DNA of 54,064 nt, counting the filler, from Bilabrum cf. latius (Eukaryota), in assembly GCA_965178125.1 (NCBI GenBank). It is 2 parts of 2 records of this genome, joined end to end, with 100 filler letters (N's around TTAATTAATTAA, not from the genome) between each part and the next. Parts side by side here need not be neighbours in the genome. Positions count along the whole stretch, not along the records: positions 27,169 to 54,064 come from CBCXTV010000030.1; 1 more part is not named here. One strand, given 5' to 3'. Below, piece after piece: positions 31,242-41,585 of this stretch. Within the stretch, counting starts at the first letter, position 1, and every line of letters starts with the position of its first letter. Under the pieces are notes generated by a model that made no database searches, had not been told where the DNA came from, and worked only from the letters and a program-made list of their open reading frames with translations. The position numbers and the translations under genes were made by a program.

Positions 31242-33470
31242 ACCGGCAGCTTACCATGGGCGCACGCAAAAGAGAAGAAACTATGAGATAAAAATATTTT
31301 TCCCGCCCTCGCTTCCGCAACAATGTAATACACAGACCACACGTCTACACAAATGCCCGCACCCTACAGGACACACCAGGACCGCAAAACCGCACGCCAG
31401 CACGGCGGGTGCTAGACAACAATTTGGCGCGCTCTCCTGTGACGGACTTGTGCCACAGGGCACCGACACGGATAACGCAGACTGCCTCAGACGCCCCTCG
31501 TTTACCATGACGAGGCACAGACCCACAGGGAGGACCGCAAAACGCGTCCACCTGGCGGACGCGAAATTGGGCCCAGAATACGGCCACCATTTCGCGGCCG
31601 GAAAACGGCACCAAAACCGGGGGCAAAAATGGGGGACCCGACTGTTGGGTCCCCCTTTTTTCCTCTATTTTTTGTGGCCGTTTTCCGGCCGCCGAAATAG
31701 GCCCGCGGCGCGGACCGCCGAGATGCACACCTCCGGGGGGGCCACTGTACACAGTTCCCCGGCCACACGCGCCCTGCTGGAGAATAACACACGGCGCCCG
31801 CGGACAAACTGTACTACACGGGTGCGGAAAAAAACACCGACCAACCGAACGCACAGGCACGTTCTACGTGTAGGCTGCGCCACACCTTTGCCGACCCAAA
31901 ACAGTGTGCTGCATTTGGACACATGCGGTACAGAAATTCCCAGAGATTCTCACGAAGTTCATCGAATCTTTGTCCACTTGCACCCCATTTGCCAGAAGTG
32001 TCGCGATTTATAAACCAAGTCCGGTCCAATTTCGGCAATCATAGCTCATTGTCCACGACCGTGATTCCCGCGAAAAATGAGCAACATGTGTCGGCGATGA
32101 AGACAACTTCTCCGCGATTTCGGTCCATTCAAGGCAATGTTGGCAGGCTTTCCCTTAGCGGTCCATACCAAAACAAATCGCTAGTCTCACTCGCGATCTG
32201 CTCTCTCACGCCTGCACACCCGCGGGCCCACCCGCCCGCCCGCTGGCCTCTCCGCCCGTCCGGACGCCCGCTAGCCCGCCCGCCTGCCCACCGGTCGGCC
32301 CGCGCGCCCGTCCGACCGCTCACCCGCCCGCCCGTCCTCCCGACCGTCAAGAGTAAAAGAACATCTATATTCGAAAACGCGTCCAGAAGCAGGGTTGTCT
32401 AGGGAAACGGGGGATTTTTCAAGTCGTGCGACTTGCAACAAAATTCTGGCATGAAAACGCCATTTTCTATCAGCCTACGGAACGGTGGATGCGGCAGTTT
32501 ACCTTACCTTACACAGACACGGTCATGGATGCGCCAGTTGGGTTTTCCACAAGAGGACCAGGTCCGGACCCCTTCTTCACATCGTATTTTCAAAACAAAG
32601 AACCCAATCCACGAGGAGGCAGGCGACGGAGGGCGGGCGGGGGTCGGGCCAGCCAGCCATGTGCGTACGCAGGTGGAACGCGACGTCTTGCAAGACGTCG
32701 TGCATGGTGAGATGCGGTTTGACGATGACGTCGTCGACCGCGTCCTGGTGCCTTTCGATACAGGTTCCTTAACTTCAAAATCTGAGCGGAGGAGAAGCTA
32801 CCTTTCGCGTACGACGAGGGCGTCCACACAGACGCGGCCGTGGCGGGCCTTCCCGCTTACCTCTCGCCGAGTCACATTGGCGGGCTGTGTGGCACACCTG
32901 TTGCCGAGTCGGACGGGACCGCGCCAAAAGAGCCTGCCGTTTTAAAACGGGCCCGGTAGACGGGACAGGGTCCGAAAAGCCAACTGACGCAATCATGACC
33001 TCGCCGTTTAGCCGCCCGACAAGAATGCACGACTCGGAATGATCTGGGAAGTTTGAAATGGGTCCGGACACATCATGGGAGAGTGAGATGGCCAGACGTC
33101 ACGGTGTCATGAAAACCCACAATCGGTGACCGGCAGCTCACCATGGGCGCACGGAAAACAACGACGTTTGAAAGAAACAATTTTTCCCGCCGTCGCTTCC
33201 GAAACAAGATGATACACAGACCGCACGCCTACACAAATGCCCGCACCCTGCAGGACACAGCATGACATTAAAACCGCATGCCCGCACGGCGGCCGCCAGG
33301 CAACAATTTGGCGCGCTCTCCTGTGACGGACTTCGACCGCAGAGAACCGACACGGATAACGCAGACTGCCTACGACGCCCCTCGTTTACCATGACGAGGC
33401 AGAGACCCACAGGGAGGACCGCAAAACGCGTCCGCGTTTCGGACACGAAATTCGGCCCAGAATACGGCCC
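31242..33470. repeat. Diverged ~340-bp internal direct repeat (about 31242-31585 and 33129-33470)
   Basis: Both copies begin with the ACCGGCAGCT motif and share CAACAATTTGGCGCGCTCTCCTGTGACGGACTT and ...GGCCCAGAATACGGCC. Confidence 0.85.
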
Positions 33471-33613
33471 CCATGTGACGTCCGGAATATATAAAGACGA
33501 CAGTCCCTTCTACAATATCTGCAGGACACGCACCTCCGACGCACAGCAATCGCGTTTGCATTTTCCTGCCAAGAGACACGCTTTGGAAATACAGATTCAA
33601 TCACAAGAGAAAA

Positions 33614-35560
33614 TTACAGCGCGGTACGCGGGACCCACAGCGCTTCACCGGCATAGTAATACCGGCTGTTGTCCTGGATCCACTTTCTCTCCGACGCTAG
33701 CAAAAGATTTAAACCCGCGTTCCAATCGTTGCAACAAACAACAATCTTCGCGCGGTGAACCCACTGGCGATAACTGTACATATTCGTCGCCGTGTGGGAC
33801 AAGGACACCCACTCCGCAGGCGCCTGAAAGAGACGTTTGTTCTGGATGACTAAAGATGCCGAAGCCTCATCCATCACAATCACCTCATCATGCAGCGGTC
33901 GAAAAGACCGAAGATCGGGCTGCGTTGCTTGTTGGCAATCACAGAAAAAGACATGGCCGGTATCGGCCAATGAGCATGCATACTGCGTCTTTCCGACGCA
34001 GGAGGGGCCGTCCAAAATTAAAAAGCGATAGCGGGATGCCAGACGGTTGAACTCCGCTAACCACTCGGAGACAACGTCTATCTCTCGAAAGGGGCACATC
34101 CCTCCACGCAACTCTGCTTGGACAGCCTGTACGTGCGCTGCCAAACTCGCCTCGGATGTGGCCGATTCATAAGCGGCCAGGGTCCGGAGCATGTTTGGAA
34201 GATTCCGCACTACACGCACAGACAACCGACGCGCAGTGCCAACGGCAATCTTGCCGGACTGGAGTAGCTGTATAATCCAATCGGCTTGAACGAGATAGTC
34301 ATGAAACATCTCGACACTCCCACCGCCGTCTACGCGACCAAACTTCGGCGCCTGCACGTAAAAAAACCCTTGAAAACCGCGTGCAGCACCACGCACACGT
34401 TCGGCGACGCACAAAGACACAACAGGCGGGGATATTCCTTGAAACATAATCCCCGTGAAGTACTCTAACACCGCCGAAGACGCACGCAATGCAACGTGAA
34501 AATGAACACGGGCTTGCGAATTGGGAGCACGAATGGTCGTCGGCGACACTTCCGCGCACCACACATACTGTACAACACGCCAGTGCTCCACAAAGGGCAT
34601 GAACCACGCAAGAAAGGCAACACGCAAAGCCATAAACCACGCCGATAACGACACAGACATCGCAACCGTGTCGACGTCCACTTCCGCGTTGCCTGGTTGA
34701 AAAATCAACGAAGGCACAAGCCCCCATGGCCCATTCAACGAAAACAGACGAGTGGCCGGACGGCTCGCAGAAGCACCGCCTTGGACGCCTTGGGAGCCAG
34801 ACCTGTGCCCGCGGATGAGGCACGCGCCAACCTGCTGCGCACACTCCGGAAGATCACACTGGCTATCCAGAAAACGGCGCAGCAGCGCGCGCTGCTCATC
34901 CCGCAGGGCACTGCCGGCCTCGCGGCGTAAACCGTGGGTCGCCCACACAGTCTTCTCCGCCGCCGTCCCACTCGACGCCACCCATCGCGACAGGCGTCGC
35001 CACAACCTCGTGTACGCAGCGTGATCCAGAGAAGTGCTCAGGGACTCATCTGCGACAGACCCGAGGGCAATGTCGCGTCGGCGCGCGCCGTCGGCACTGC
35101 CTGCGGCTTGGGAGGCAGACGGGGATGGGTACACAAACGGAGCGGCGGAGCTCGCCTGAGACACAGGCAACACCGGCTCAGGCACGGCCACGCGCGCTGA
35201 CGCCACCGCAGGGGATCGCTTCGAAGAAAAGCGACGGCGCTTAGTCGGATGCTCCGAAGCTTGCCCGGACGAAGACAACATCGCACTGCAAAGCGTCACA
35301 ATCCGTTCGGCGCTCGGACATCTCCGACTGAAAACACTGCAAACTAGGCGACGATGATTCGGAGCATAAAACCGACTGCTCGCACACGAAGTCTGCAAGG
35401 AACAACATGTTGAATGTGGACATGCTGACGACAGAAAAAAAAGCACTGACAACGGGAGCTCAAAAAAATCTTGCGCTGTGAAACAAAACAAACATACCGT
35501 ATGCACCCCTTCATATCCATCAGACACACAACAAGCAGAACATGCCGAAAAAGGAGACAC
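33614..35560 (-). CDS. rep: CRESS/geminivirus-like Rep (HUH + SF3 helicase); likely ATG at 35281
   Basis: Motif I region LFSLNGPWG, motif II VHFHV, motif III FYVQAPK, Walker A GPSCVGKT, Walker B IVMDEA, motif C VVCCN. Collinear with 15013-17298. Confidence 0.9.
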   Translation of the reverse strand: MSPFSACSACCVSDGYEGVHTVCLFCFTAQDFFELPLSVLFFLSSACPHSTCCSLQTSCASSRFYAPNHRRLVCSVFSRRCPSAERIVTLCSAMLSSSGQASEHPTKRRRFSSKRSPAVASARVAVPEPVLPVSQASSAAPFVYPSPSASQAAGSADGARRRDIALGSVADESLSTSLDHAAYTRLWRRLSRWVASSGTAAEKTVWATHGLRREAGSALRDEQRALLRRFLDSQCDLPECAQQVGACLIRGHRSGSQGVQGGASASRPATRLFSLNGPWGLVPSLIFQPGNAEVDVDTVAMSVSLSAWFMALRVAFLAWFMPFVEHWRVVQYVWCAEVSPTTIRAPNSQARVHFHVALRASSAVLEYFTGIMFQGISPPVVSLCVAERVRGAARGFQGFFYVQAPKFGRVDGGGSVEMFHDYLVQADWIIQLLQSGKIAVGTARRLSVRVVRNLPNMLRTLAAYESATSEASLAAHVQAVQAELRGGMCPFREIDVVSEWLAEFNRLASRYRFLILDGPSCVGKTQYACSLADTGHVFFCDCQQATQPDLRSFRPLHDEVIVMDEASASLVIQNKRLFQAPAEWVSLSHTATNMYSYRQWVHRAKIVVCCNDWNAGLNLLLASERKWIQDNSRYYYAGEALWVPRTAL

Positions 35561-36172
35561 CGGCAGCTCTCAACGGGCGCACGGCGAAATCCATGAAGAA
35601 ATCACATTCCTGTTCCTACATAATGCATCCCGCACATGCCACCGTTCGAAAAACGTCGCGTCCAGAATTCCCTCAAGTGCCTTCCGCTTCTCCTCGAAGC
35701 GCACACTCAAACGGCCTCACAGGGATTTTCTGCATGCCCATACCCTCAACTGACGCCGTCGCCACGGCACAAGCACGAGAACGAAACGGCACGTCTCCCA
35801 ACATAGAACAAAAGATTCCGGCTCAAAAGCCCTCCAGAACTCCACATCCCCTTCAAACATTATCTCGGACACTTCCCTGCACATGGCATACTTCCCCTTC
35901 GGTCCCTTCCTTCATATAACCACATCTCCATTTCAGCATCATTTCCTCCCCGGCAAGATGGCAGAATAGTCCAAACAACCTCACGATATCCTCAAGAGCA
36001 CGGCAGCATGAACATCCAAAACACGGGGACCCCTCAAAGATGGTATCGACGTCAGTTGTTTTCGGTCGTTCTTTTTCTGATTCGCTCTTCTCGCAGAAGT
36101 CTCTTTGGAGGCATTTTTCTCCAAGTGGCCTCCTTTGGGCCTTCTCTTTTGGGGAGGTCCTTTTTTCCCTAA

Positions 36173-36330
36173 AAAAAGGGGGGGGGAAGCGGAAGCGCTG
36201 GGAAAGGCTTTTAAATATTAAAAGCGCTTTCCAGCGCTTCCGCGCTACCCCCCCCCCTTTTTGTACTCATTTTACAGTAGTTTTTCACGATTTAGGGGGG
36301 TAGCGCTAGGGGGTTTTCCACGCTACCCCC
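36173..36330. promoter_or_regulatory. Long imperfect hairpin: candidate rolling-circle origin or element end junction
   Basis: Arms 36173-36214 and 36218-36262 around ATA; the minus-strand apex reads TAATATTTA. CGCTACCCCC at 36243 and 36321, with its inverse GGGGGTAGCG at 36296. Confidence 0.65.
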
Positions 36331-36966
36331 TGTTTTGGCCTCGATTTTGGCAATTGTTCCACCCACTTTGGTCCAATTTCCCCATTTTTCTAGGATTTTT
36401 GCTATTTTTCTCGATTGTTCGGGCATTTTGTGTGGAAATTTCCACATTTTCACCGAATCTGGACCGATTTTCCTGTTTTTTTGGGGAGTTTCGCGATTTC
36501 CTTCCATTCCCGCCTCACACTCTTCCCCCTCTTCTTATGCATTTTCGCGATTTATTCGCCAAATCTGGTCCCATCTCGGTGGTCATGGCCGGTTCTGTGC
36601 GATTTTCAGGGATTCTCATCGATTAAGGCTATTTGTTCGCGATGTCGGTCGGTTCTGGACGATCTTTCCGATTCTGGTTGATCTTCGCTGTCTTTCTCTC
36701 TCCTCTCCGTGGTCCAAGGACGCATCACTCTTCGCCGATTTCGCTTCTTATGTCGTTGAGGTGCGTCTGCTGGGCTCCTTTGGCTAGCCGGTGGTCTCCA
36801 TGCAATAGCGCGTCTCTTCCGCCGCAGTTTCTTTCGCCTGAGAGTCATCCATGTCATCATGCGCAATGAAACACAATACACAATCCATGGCATGCTTCCC
36901 ACTCAGCTGTCAAACCACCACACTTCCATGAAGTATGTGGCAATATGATGCTCGCGTGGCGCGCCT

Positions 36967-37401
36967 TCACGCCTCCTTGGCCGATGAGTTCTTTTTCGGC
37001 TTTTTTGGGGCGGCGGATGACGACGCCGCGTCGCCAGCCTTTTCGCTGCCGGCGTCCGGGCGACTTGCCTCCCGCATCAGCATGACCTCGGCGAGGTCGT
37101 CGTTGCTGAGACGACGTGCGTTGGCCTTCAAACGGCGACGTCGCTTTTCGTGGTTGCGGAGGTCTTTTGCCACCCGCTTTCGCTCGGCTGTCATTGCCGC
37201 CTGTTTCGCGCGCAACTCGTCGATTTTCGCCGAGAGCGGCTTCGACGGCACGCCTCCGGCAGGTGTCGTTGCCGCAGCGACTGCGTCGTCTAGCTGCCTT
37301 TCTTCTGTTACGGCCTTCGCGTCGCCGGCCAGAGCCGGCGCGCTCTCGGCAGCGACGATGGTGCGCTCGTTGTCGCTTTCGGCCTCGCTGCGGTCCGACA
37401 T
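36967..37401 (-). CDS. Small basic coiled-coil protein (144 aa), homologue of 13366-13836
   Basis: IDELRAKQAAMTAERKRVAKDLRNHEKRRRRLKANARRLSNDDLAEVMLMR; same position upstream of the hairpin and Rep as in element A. Confidence 0.75.
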   Translation of the reverse strand: MSDRSEAESDNERTIVAAESAPALAGDAKAVTEERQLDDAVAAATTPAGGVPSKPLSAKIDELRAKQAAMTAERKRVAKDLRNHEKRRRRLKANARRLSNDDLAEVMLMREASRPDAGSEKAGDAASSSAAPKKPKKNSSAKEA

Positions 37402-39292
37402 GCCGGCACTTCCGAGCGAAAGGCGCTCGCGTCGCCCGCGGCCCCGTGTGGGGCGGCGATTTCTGGCGCTGCGGCTTCAGGGCGCGCTAGAGCTGCAAAA
37501 GCTGCAGGTGGGGCACTTTCGCCTTCCGCGCGAACGGGCAAATGGAACCACCACCCGAGCGGTAACCGCGCGCGTGCTGTGGTACAAAGTTGGAGCTCTT
37601 CCAGCGATGGAAGCTCGTGTCCTACCGTCGGGGGTGCTTCCAGTCCGGTGCGAGCTTTGCATCGGGTGCCGAGGTGCTCCTGACCTTGTCCGAAGCCACA
37701 AGAGAGAAACGCGAATTTCCAGCACCGCGCCTGCAAAACTTGCTGCGTGGCCTTGGTCCACATGCGAACGATATCTCTGTTCGGAATTGGCCCCACTGGT
37801 TGTTTCAGGTACAACTCTTCGAGGCCATTTCGCGCAGCGCGCTTCAAATGGTGAAAGACGTGCACATCGAGCGGTTGCAGGAAGGACGTCGTGCACGGTG
37901 GCACGAACACAATTCTGATTGCGCTCTCCGCGGCTGCGCGTGCGACGCTCTCTGTCCAATGCGTCGGGCAAGCATCGAGTGCGAGAATGAATTCGTGCGA
38001 CGCCTTCCATGGCTGCAACGCGCGGCCTGCAAGTCGCACAATGCGACCGAGCTCTGGGCCTTTCAACCACGCGGTTTTCCGCCGCTCTACAGTCACGCCT
38101 GAATTCCGCGTTTCTTCGCGGATCCACGTCGTATCTGCCGCGGATATGGTGTGCGAATTCACCAAGAGAATTTGTGGCAATGCTTTCTGTATCTCCGCAT
38201 TGTCTGCAAGGAAAGCGAGAAGAGAGAAAGCCGTGCGCTTGCTCTTGAGGGAGGCCACCTGTCGCGGGACACGCCCGCGCCTCACTTCGAGGTGTGTTCG
38301 GGCACTCAGTAAACCTGGCTTCGGCGGTGTCCACAGGCGGCACGAACTCTCGTCGAAATTGAGGAAGACGGTCGTTTTGTTGTGCGGCACGGTGTGCTCC
38401 AAAAAATTCGCCCACTTCCACATGGCCGTTGCCTCGTGTTTGCCGGGAACGCGGTGGTCTGTGGGACGATTTGGCGGGCCCGATTCTGCGGCCGGAATCC
38501 GGCCACCCCCCATGTGGTGGAATGAATGCGTGGGCCCCAAATCGTGGCCATTTTCTGGCCGCCAAACTGGGCCCGCAAAAGTGGCCCGGGGGGCGATTTT
38601 TTGGGAGCCGCCGGTGGGGCAAATGTGGGGCTCTTTCCTGCCGGAACCTTCCGTGCCGCCTCCTCCGTCGTCGTGCCCGTCCCGGAGGGGAGCGTGCCGC
38701 GGCGTAGCGCCCATCGACGCATAAAGCCACGCATCCATTTTTTCCTTCGCGGGGGGAGCGCTGCATGCAATGGGACGTCGTGAGCGGCAGTGGCCACACT
38801 TTCGCATGCCGAAGCGCGCGTACGTTGTGTGTAGACGGTCCGAGTACTCGGCGCGAGACCGCGTCCCCGGTTCTGCTCATCGATCCATTGCACCAGATCT
38901 TTTTCGCGCAGATACTTCTCGGCGTCGCTTTGTCGTCGATTCCACCATCCCGTCGTGGCCTCGTTGTTCATGTTTGTTGCGGTACTTCTCTCTCGCACCA
39001 CGTTCATGAACTTCGCCGCGTTGACGGGCACGCCCAATTTCCGCCCGAGGGATGCTTCCAGGAAGGTTTGTGCTGCCTTCCCGCTGTCTGGGACACGCAT
39101 GTAAATCACGATCGCGGTGTCTCGATATCGAGGTGTGCAGTTCTTGTCGGTCACCTCAACATCGCTCGCCGTGTCTGCGGTACGCTCGGCATCGCGTCGC
39201 TCTTCCGCCCGGATTTCGCTCCGCATTTTGCGTAAAGCATCCGTGAGGTCATTGCGGCGCGCACGTGCGTCGGTGATGGCGGACCTTTTCAT
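37308..39292 (-). CDS. pogo-family DD35D transposase, two exons (39292-38648 and 38432-37308; 589 aa), intron 38433-38647
   Basis: Exon 1 has WIDEQN..GLAP and WMRGFMRRW. Exon 2 has NFDES, LDACPTH and LQPLD (35-residue spacing). Removing AAG|GT...AG|GCA restores gap-free alignment to the element-A transposase. Confidence 0.85.
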
Positions 39293-40478
39293 CGTTCGGG
39301 CCTCAGCTTTTCAGAGGCGGCTCGCGAAAAGGGCTGCAGACAAGATGCCGCTGTCGGGGGGCTTTCGTGCCGGGTTACAGGTCCCTGTAGGGAAGTGTGC
39401 ACTGGCGGATGCGCTTGCAGTGCGTGGTTCTCGTGTTGCGGGGTGCGCTAACCACAGTTCGTCATTTGCGTCGTCGTCATCAAGTTTCGCTGCATGCTCG
39501 GCGGGGTTTTGGTACAGCCCTTTTTTCACGGATCTCGTATGTTGAGTCCTGCTCTCCTGTGGCCCTTTTTCCAACGTGCCCCAGATCATTTCCGGAATAA
39601 GCGTTTGGCCTAGGTAATCGCGGCATCATAGAACTTGGGATTCCCTTTCCCCGCGATTGCGGACTCAGCCATGGTGAACTTCCGCCCTCTACCTTGGGCT
39701 TTTCCTGCTTCGACTTCTTCGTGGAATGTGCCTGGGGTCGCCATCATACAACCAAAAATCCACGAGAACAAGGAACGACTCCGTTCTGCAAAAGAGTCTG
39801 CGTCCGCTGGTTCCCGCCCACCCGCTCGTCCGCAAGTCCACCCGCCCGCCCGCCCGCCGGCCCTCCTGCCCGCCCGCCCGTTCTCCCGTTCGCCCTTGGT
39901 CTACCCGCACATTAGCTCGTCCGCCCGCCCGCCCCCCCGCTCGCCCGCCCGCCCACCTGCCCGCCCGCCCTCCCGCCCACCCGCGTGTCATTCCGTCCAT
40001 CAGCTCGCGCGCCCGCCCGCCCGCCTGCAAGCCCGTCCGCCCGCCCGCGCACCGGCCCGTCCGCCCCGCCGTCCGCCCGCCCGCCCGCCCGCTAGCCCGC
40101 CCGCCCGTCCACCCGCTGGCCCGTCCGCCCGTCCGCCCGCCCGCTCGGCTCCCCGCTCACCTGCCCAGTCGCATGCCAATTCTTACTGTGATGAATTCCA
40201 TCATGAGAAAATTGAGCAACTCACACATGCAAACGCGACACCGGCAGCTCACGTGGGCGCACGGCGATGTGTCTCTAGATGGAAGCGTGGGCATGAGCTC
40301 GTGCTAGTGAAGCGTCACGCGCTTTCACCATTTCCTGCATGTCGTCATCATAACATTGACCAAGTGAGACATGCCAAGGGTACACCGGCAGCTCACGTGG
40401 GCGCACGGCGATGTGGATTTTCCATGCACGCGATCACAGTCCATCGCATTCCATCGCAGCAGAGGACACGTATCCTTC

Positions 40479-41585
40479 TTAGACAACCACGTCCGCTGCC
40501 TGCCTACTCGCATGCAAAAGGTATTCCCAGCTTGCGTCTGGGTGTACTTCCAGCGAATGCTGGAATGCCGGTTCCGCGTACAGAGACACACCCGCGTCTG
40601 CGGGATGCAAGTACAGCGTTGACACGTGCACAATGTGCACCCAGACATGCGTGGGAAAAGTGCTATCGGGGTAGGAGATCCACTGGTGGCGGTCCCCTCC
40701 GCCTGATCGGCGCAGGACGGTTTTCCGCTTTTGCGGATCATCGTGTGGACTGCGGACCTCTAAAAAAGGACCATACAACCACCCCGAGTCGTCGAGGGCA
40801 CTGTACAATATATACGACGACAAAAGATGCGCACGTTGAGGCGCGAATGTATAAATTCCCTGCAACTCCCGCCCGGCCTCAAAATTCCGAGCCCACCCGG
40901 TCGCGAGACCGCCAAAAACAATGCGGTGAAGTACTTCCAGCGCTGTACCATGGAAGCTCGTTCGGAACCGGGTCTCGTCGAAATCCGTGGCGATCCTGTC
41001 TGCCGCGGGCAAATCGAATCGCACATAGAAACCGAGGGGAGAAAAAGAACCCTCCGGGCGGTCTATGGCACCGCGAAGAATGCCATTCACCAACCGCGGT
41101 CGGGTCGCGATCCATTCCCACAAGGTATGGACCGCTGTAAACGGTCGGGCGTCGCGTCGCCCTATCGAACCGCCTGCGGCGACCCAACGAGTGAAGCTTC
41201 GGGTCCGACCAGCATCCAGAGCGATGACTGGATTAGTTCCGCGCCACCGCCGGATGTGCGGGGCCGGCGCGTTCTCCACGCCGTCCCACATGAAACGGCC
41301 CATACCGCCTCGCCAAGCCAGGGGCCCGGCTGGCCTCTGGGCCGTGGGCGGCCACGGCGGAACGTCGCCAGGCATGCCCTTAAAACGCCGTGCGTATGAC
41401 GGCAATTCATCGACCATGAGATAGGCGCCTAGGGTCGTGCCGCTCTCAGTCGTCACCCGGCTTGCCGTTGCGGCGGGCATTTCCGGCGCGTTCGCTATCT
41501 CCGCCTCGGAGACCAGCTCTGCCGGAATGTCCGCCCTCGCGACCGCCTCCGTGATCGACGCCTGGTCGACGCTGCTTGTCGCCAT
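40479..41585 (-). CDS. PARP-like ADP-ribosyltransferase domain protein (368 aa)
   Basis: SFHGT...RIVFGGL...QGIYTF...SSY matches the PARP-type HGT...GxGIY...Y pattern. The ORF spans the arbitrary unit 1/unit 2 boundary intact. Confidence 0.65.
   Translation of the reverse strand: MATSSVDQASITEAVARADIPAELVSEAEIANAPEMPAATASRVTTESGTTLGAYLMVDELPSYARRFKGMPGDVPPWPPTAQRPAGPLAWRGGMGRFMWDGVENAPAPHIRRWRGTNPVIALDAGRTRSFTRWVAAGGSIGRRDARPFTAVHTLWEWIATRPRLVNGILRGAIDRPEGSFSPLGFYVRFDLPAADRIATDFDETRFRTSFHGTALEVLHRIVFGGLATGWARNFEAGRELQGIYTFAPQRAHLLSSYILYSALDDSGWLYGPFLEVRSPHDDPQKRKTVLRRSGGGDRHQWISYPDSTFPTHVWVHIVHVSTLYLHPADAGVSLYAEPAFQHSLEVHPDASWEYLLHASRQAADVVV

Larger units (their letters stand above)
27990..40408. 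promoter_or_regulatory. Dispersed intergenic motif ACCGGCAGCT-N5/6-GGGCGCACG, 7 copies per unit
   Basis: Starts at 27990, 29921, 31242, 33129, 35559, 40240 and 40384 (six recur at +13720), all in the same orientation. Confidence 0.7.
27169..40888 (-). mobile_element. Element B, repeat unit 1 (13,720 bp; start point set by the gap)
   Basis: Sequence from 27169 recurs at 40889, and all ORFs repeat at +13720. Encodes Rep-helicase, DD35D transposase, coiled-coil protein and cargo, all on the minus strand. Confidence 0.85.

Noticed and set aside
37477-38880. 467-aa minus-strand ORF, and the N-terminal part of the 499-aa ORF 37308-38807
   Set aside because: These are alternative-frame shadows. 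Homology to the A transposase supports the spliced two-exon model.
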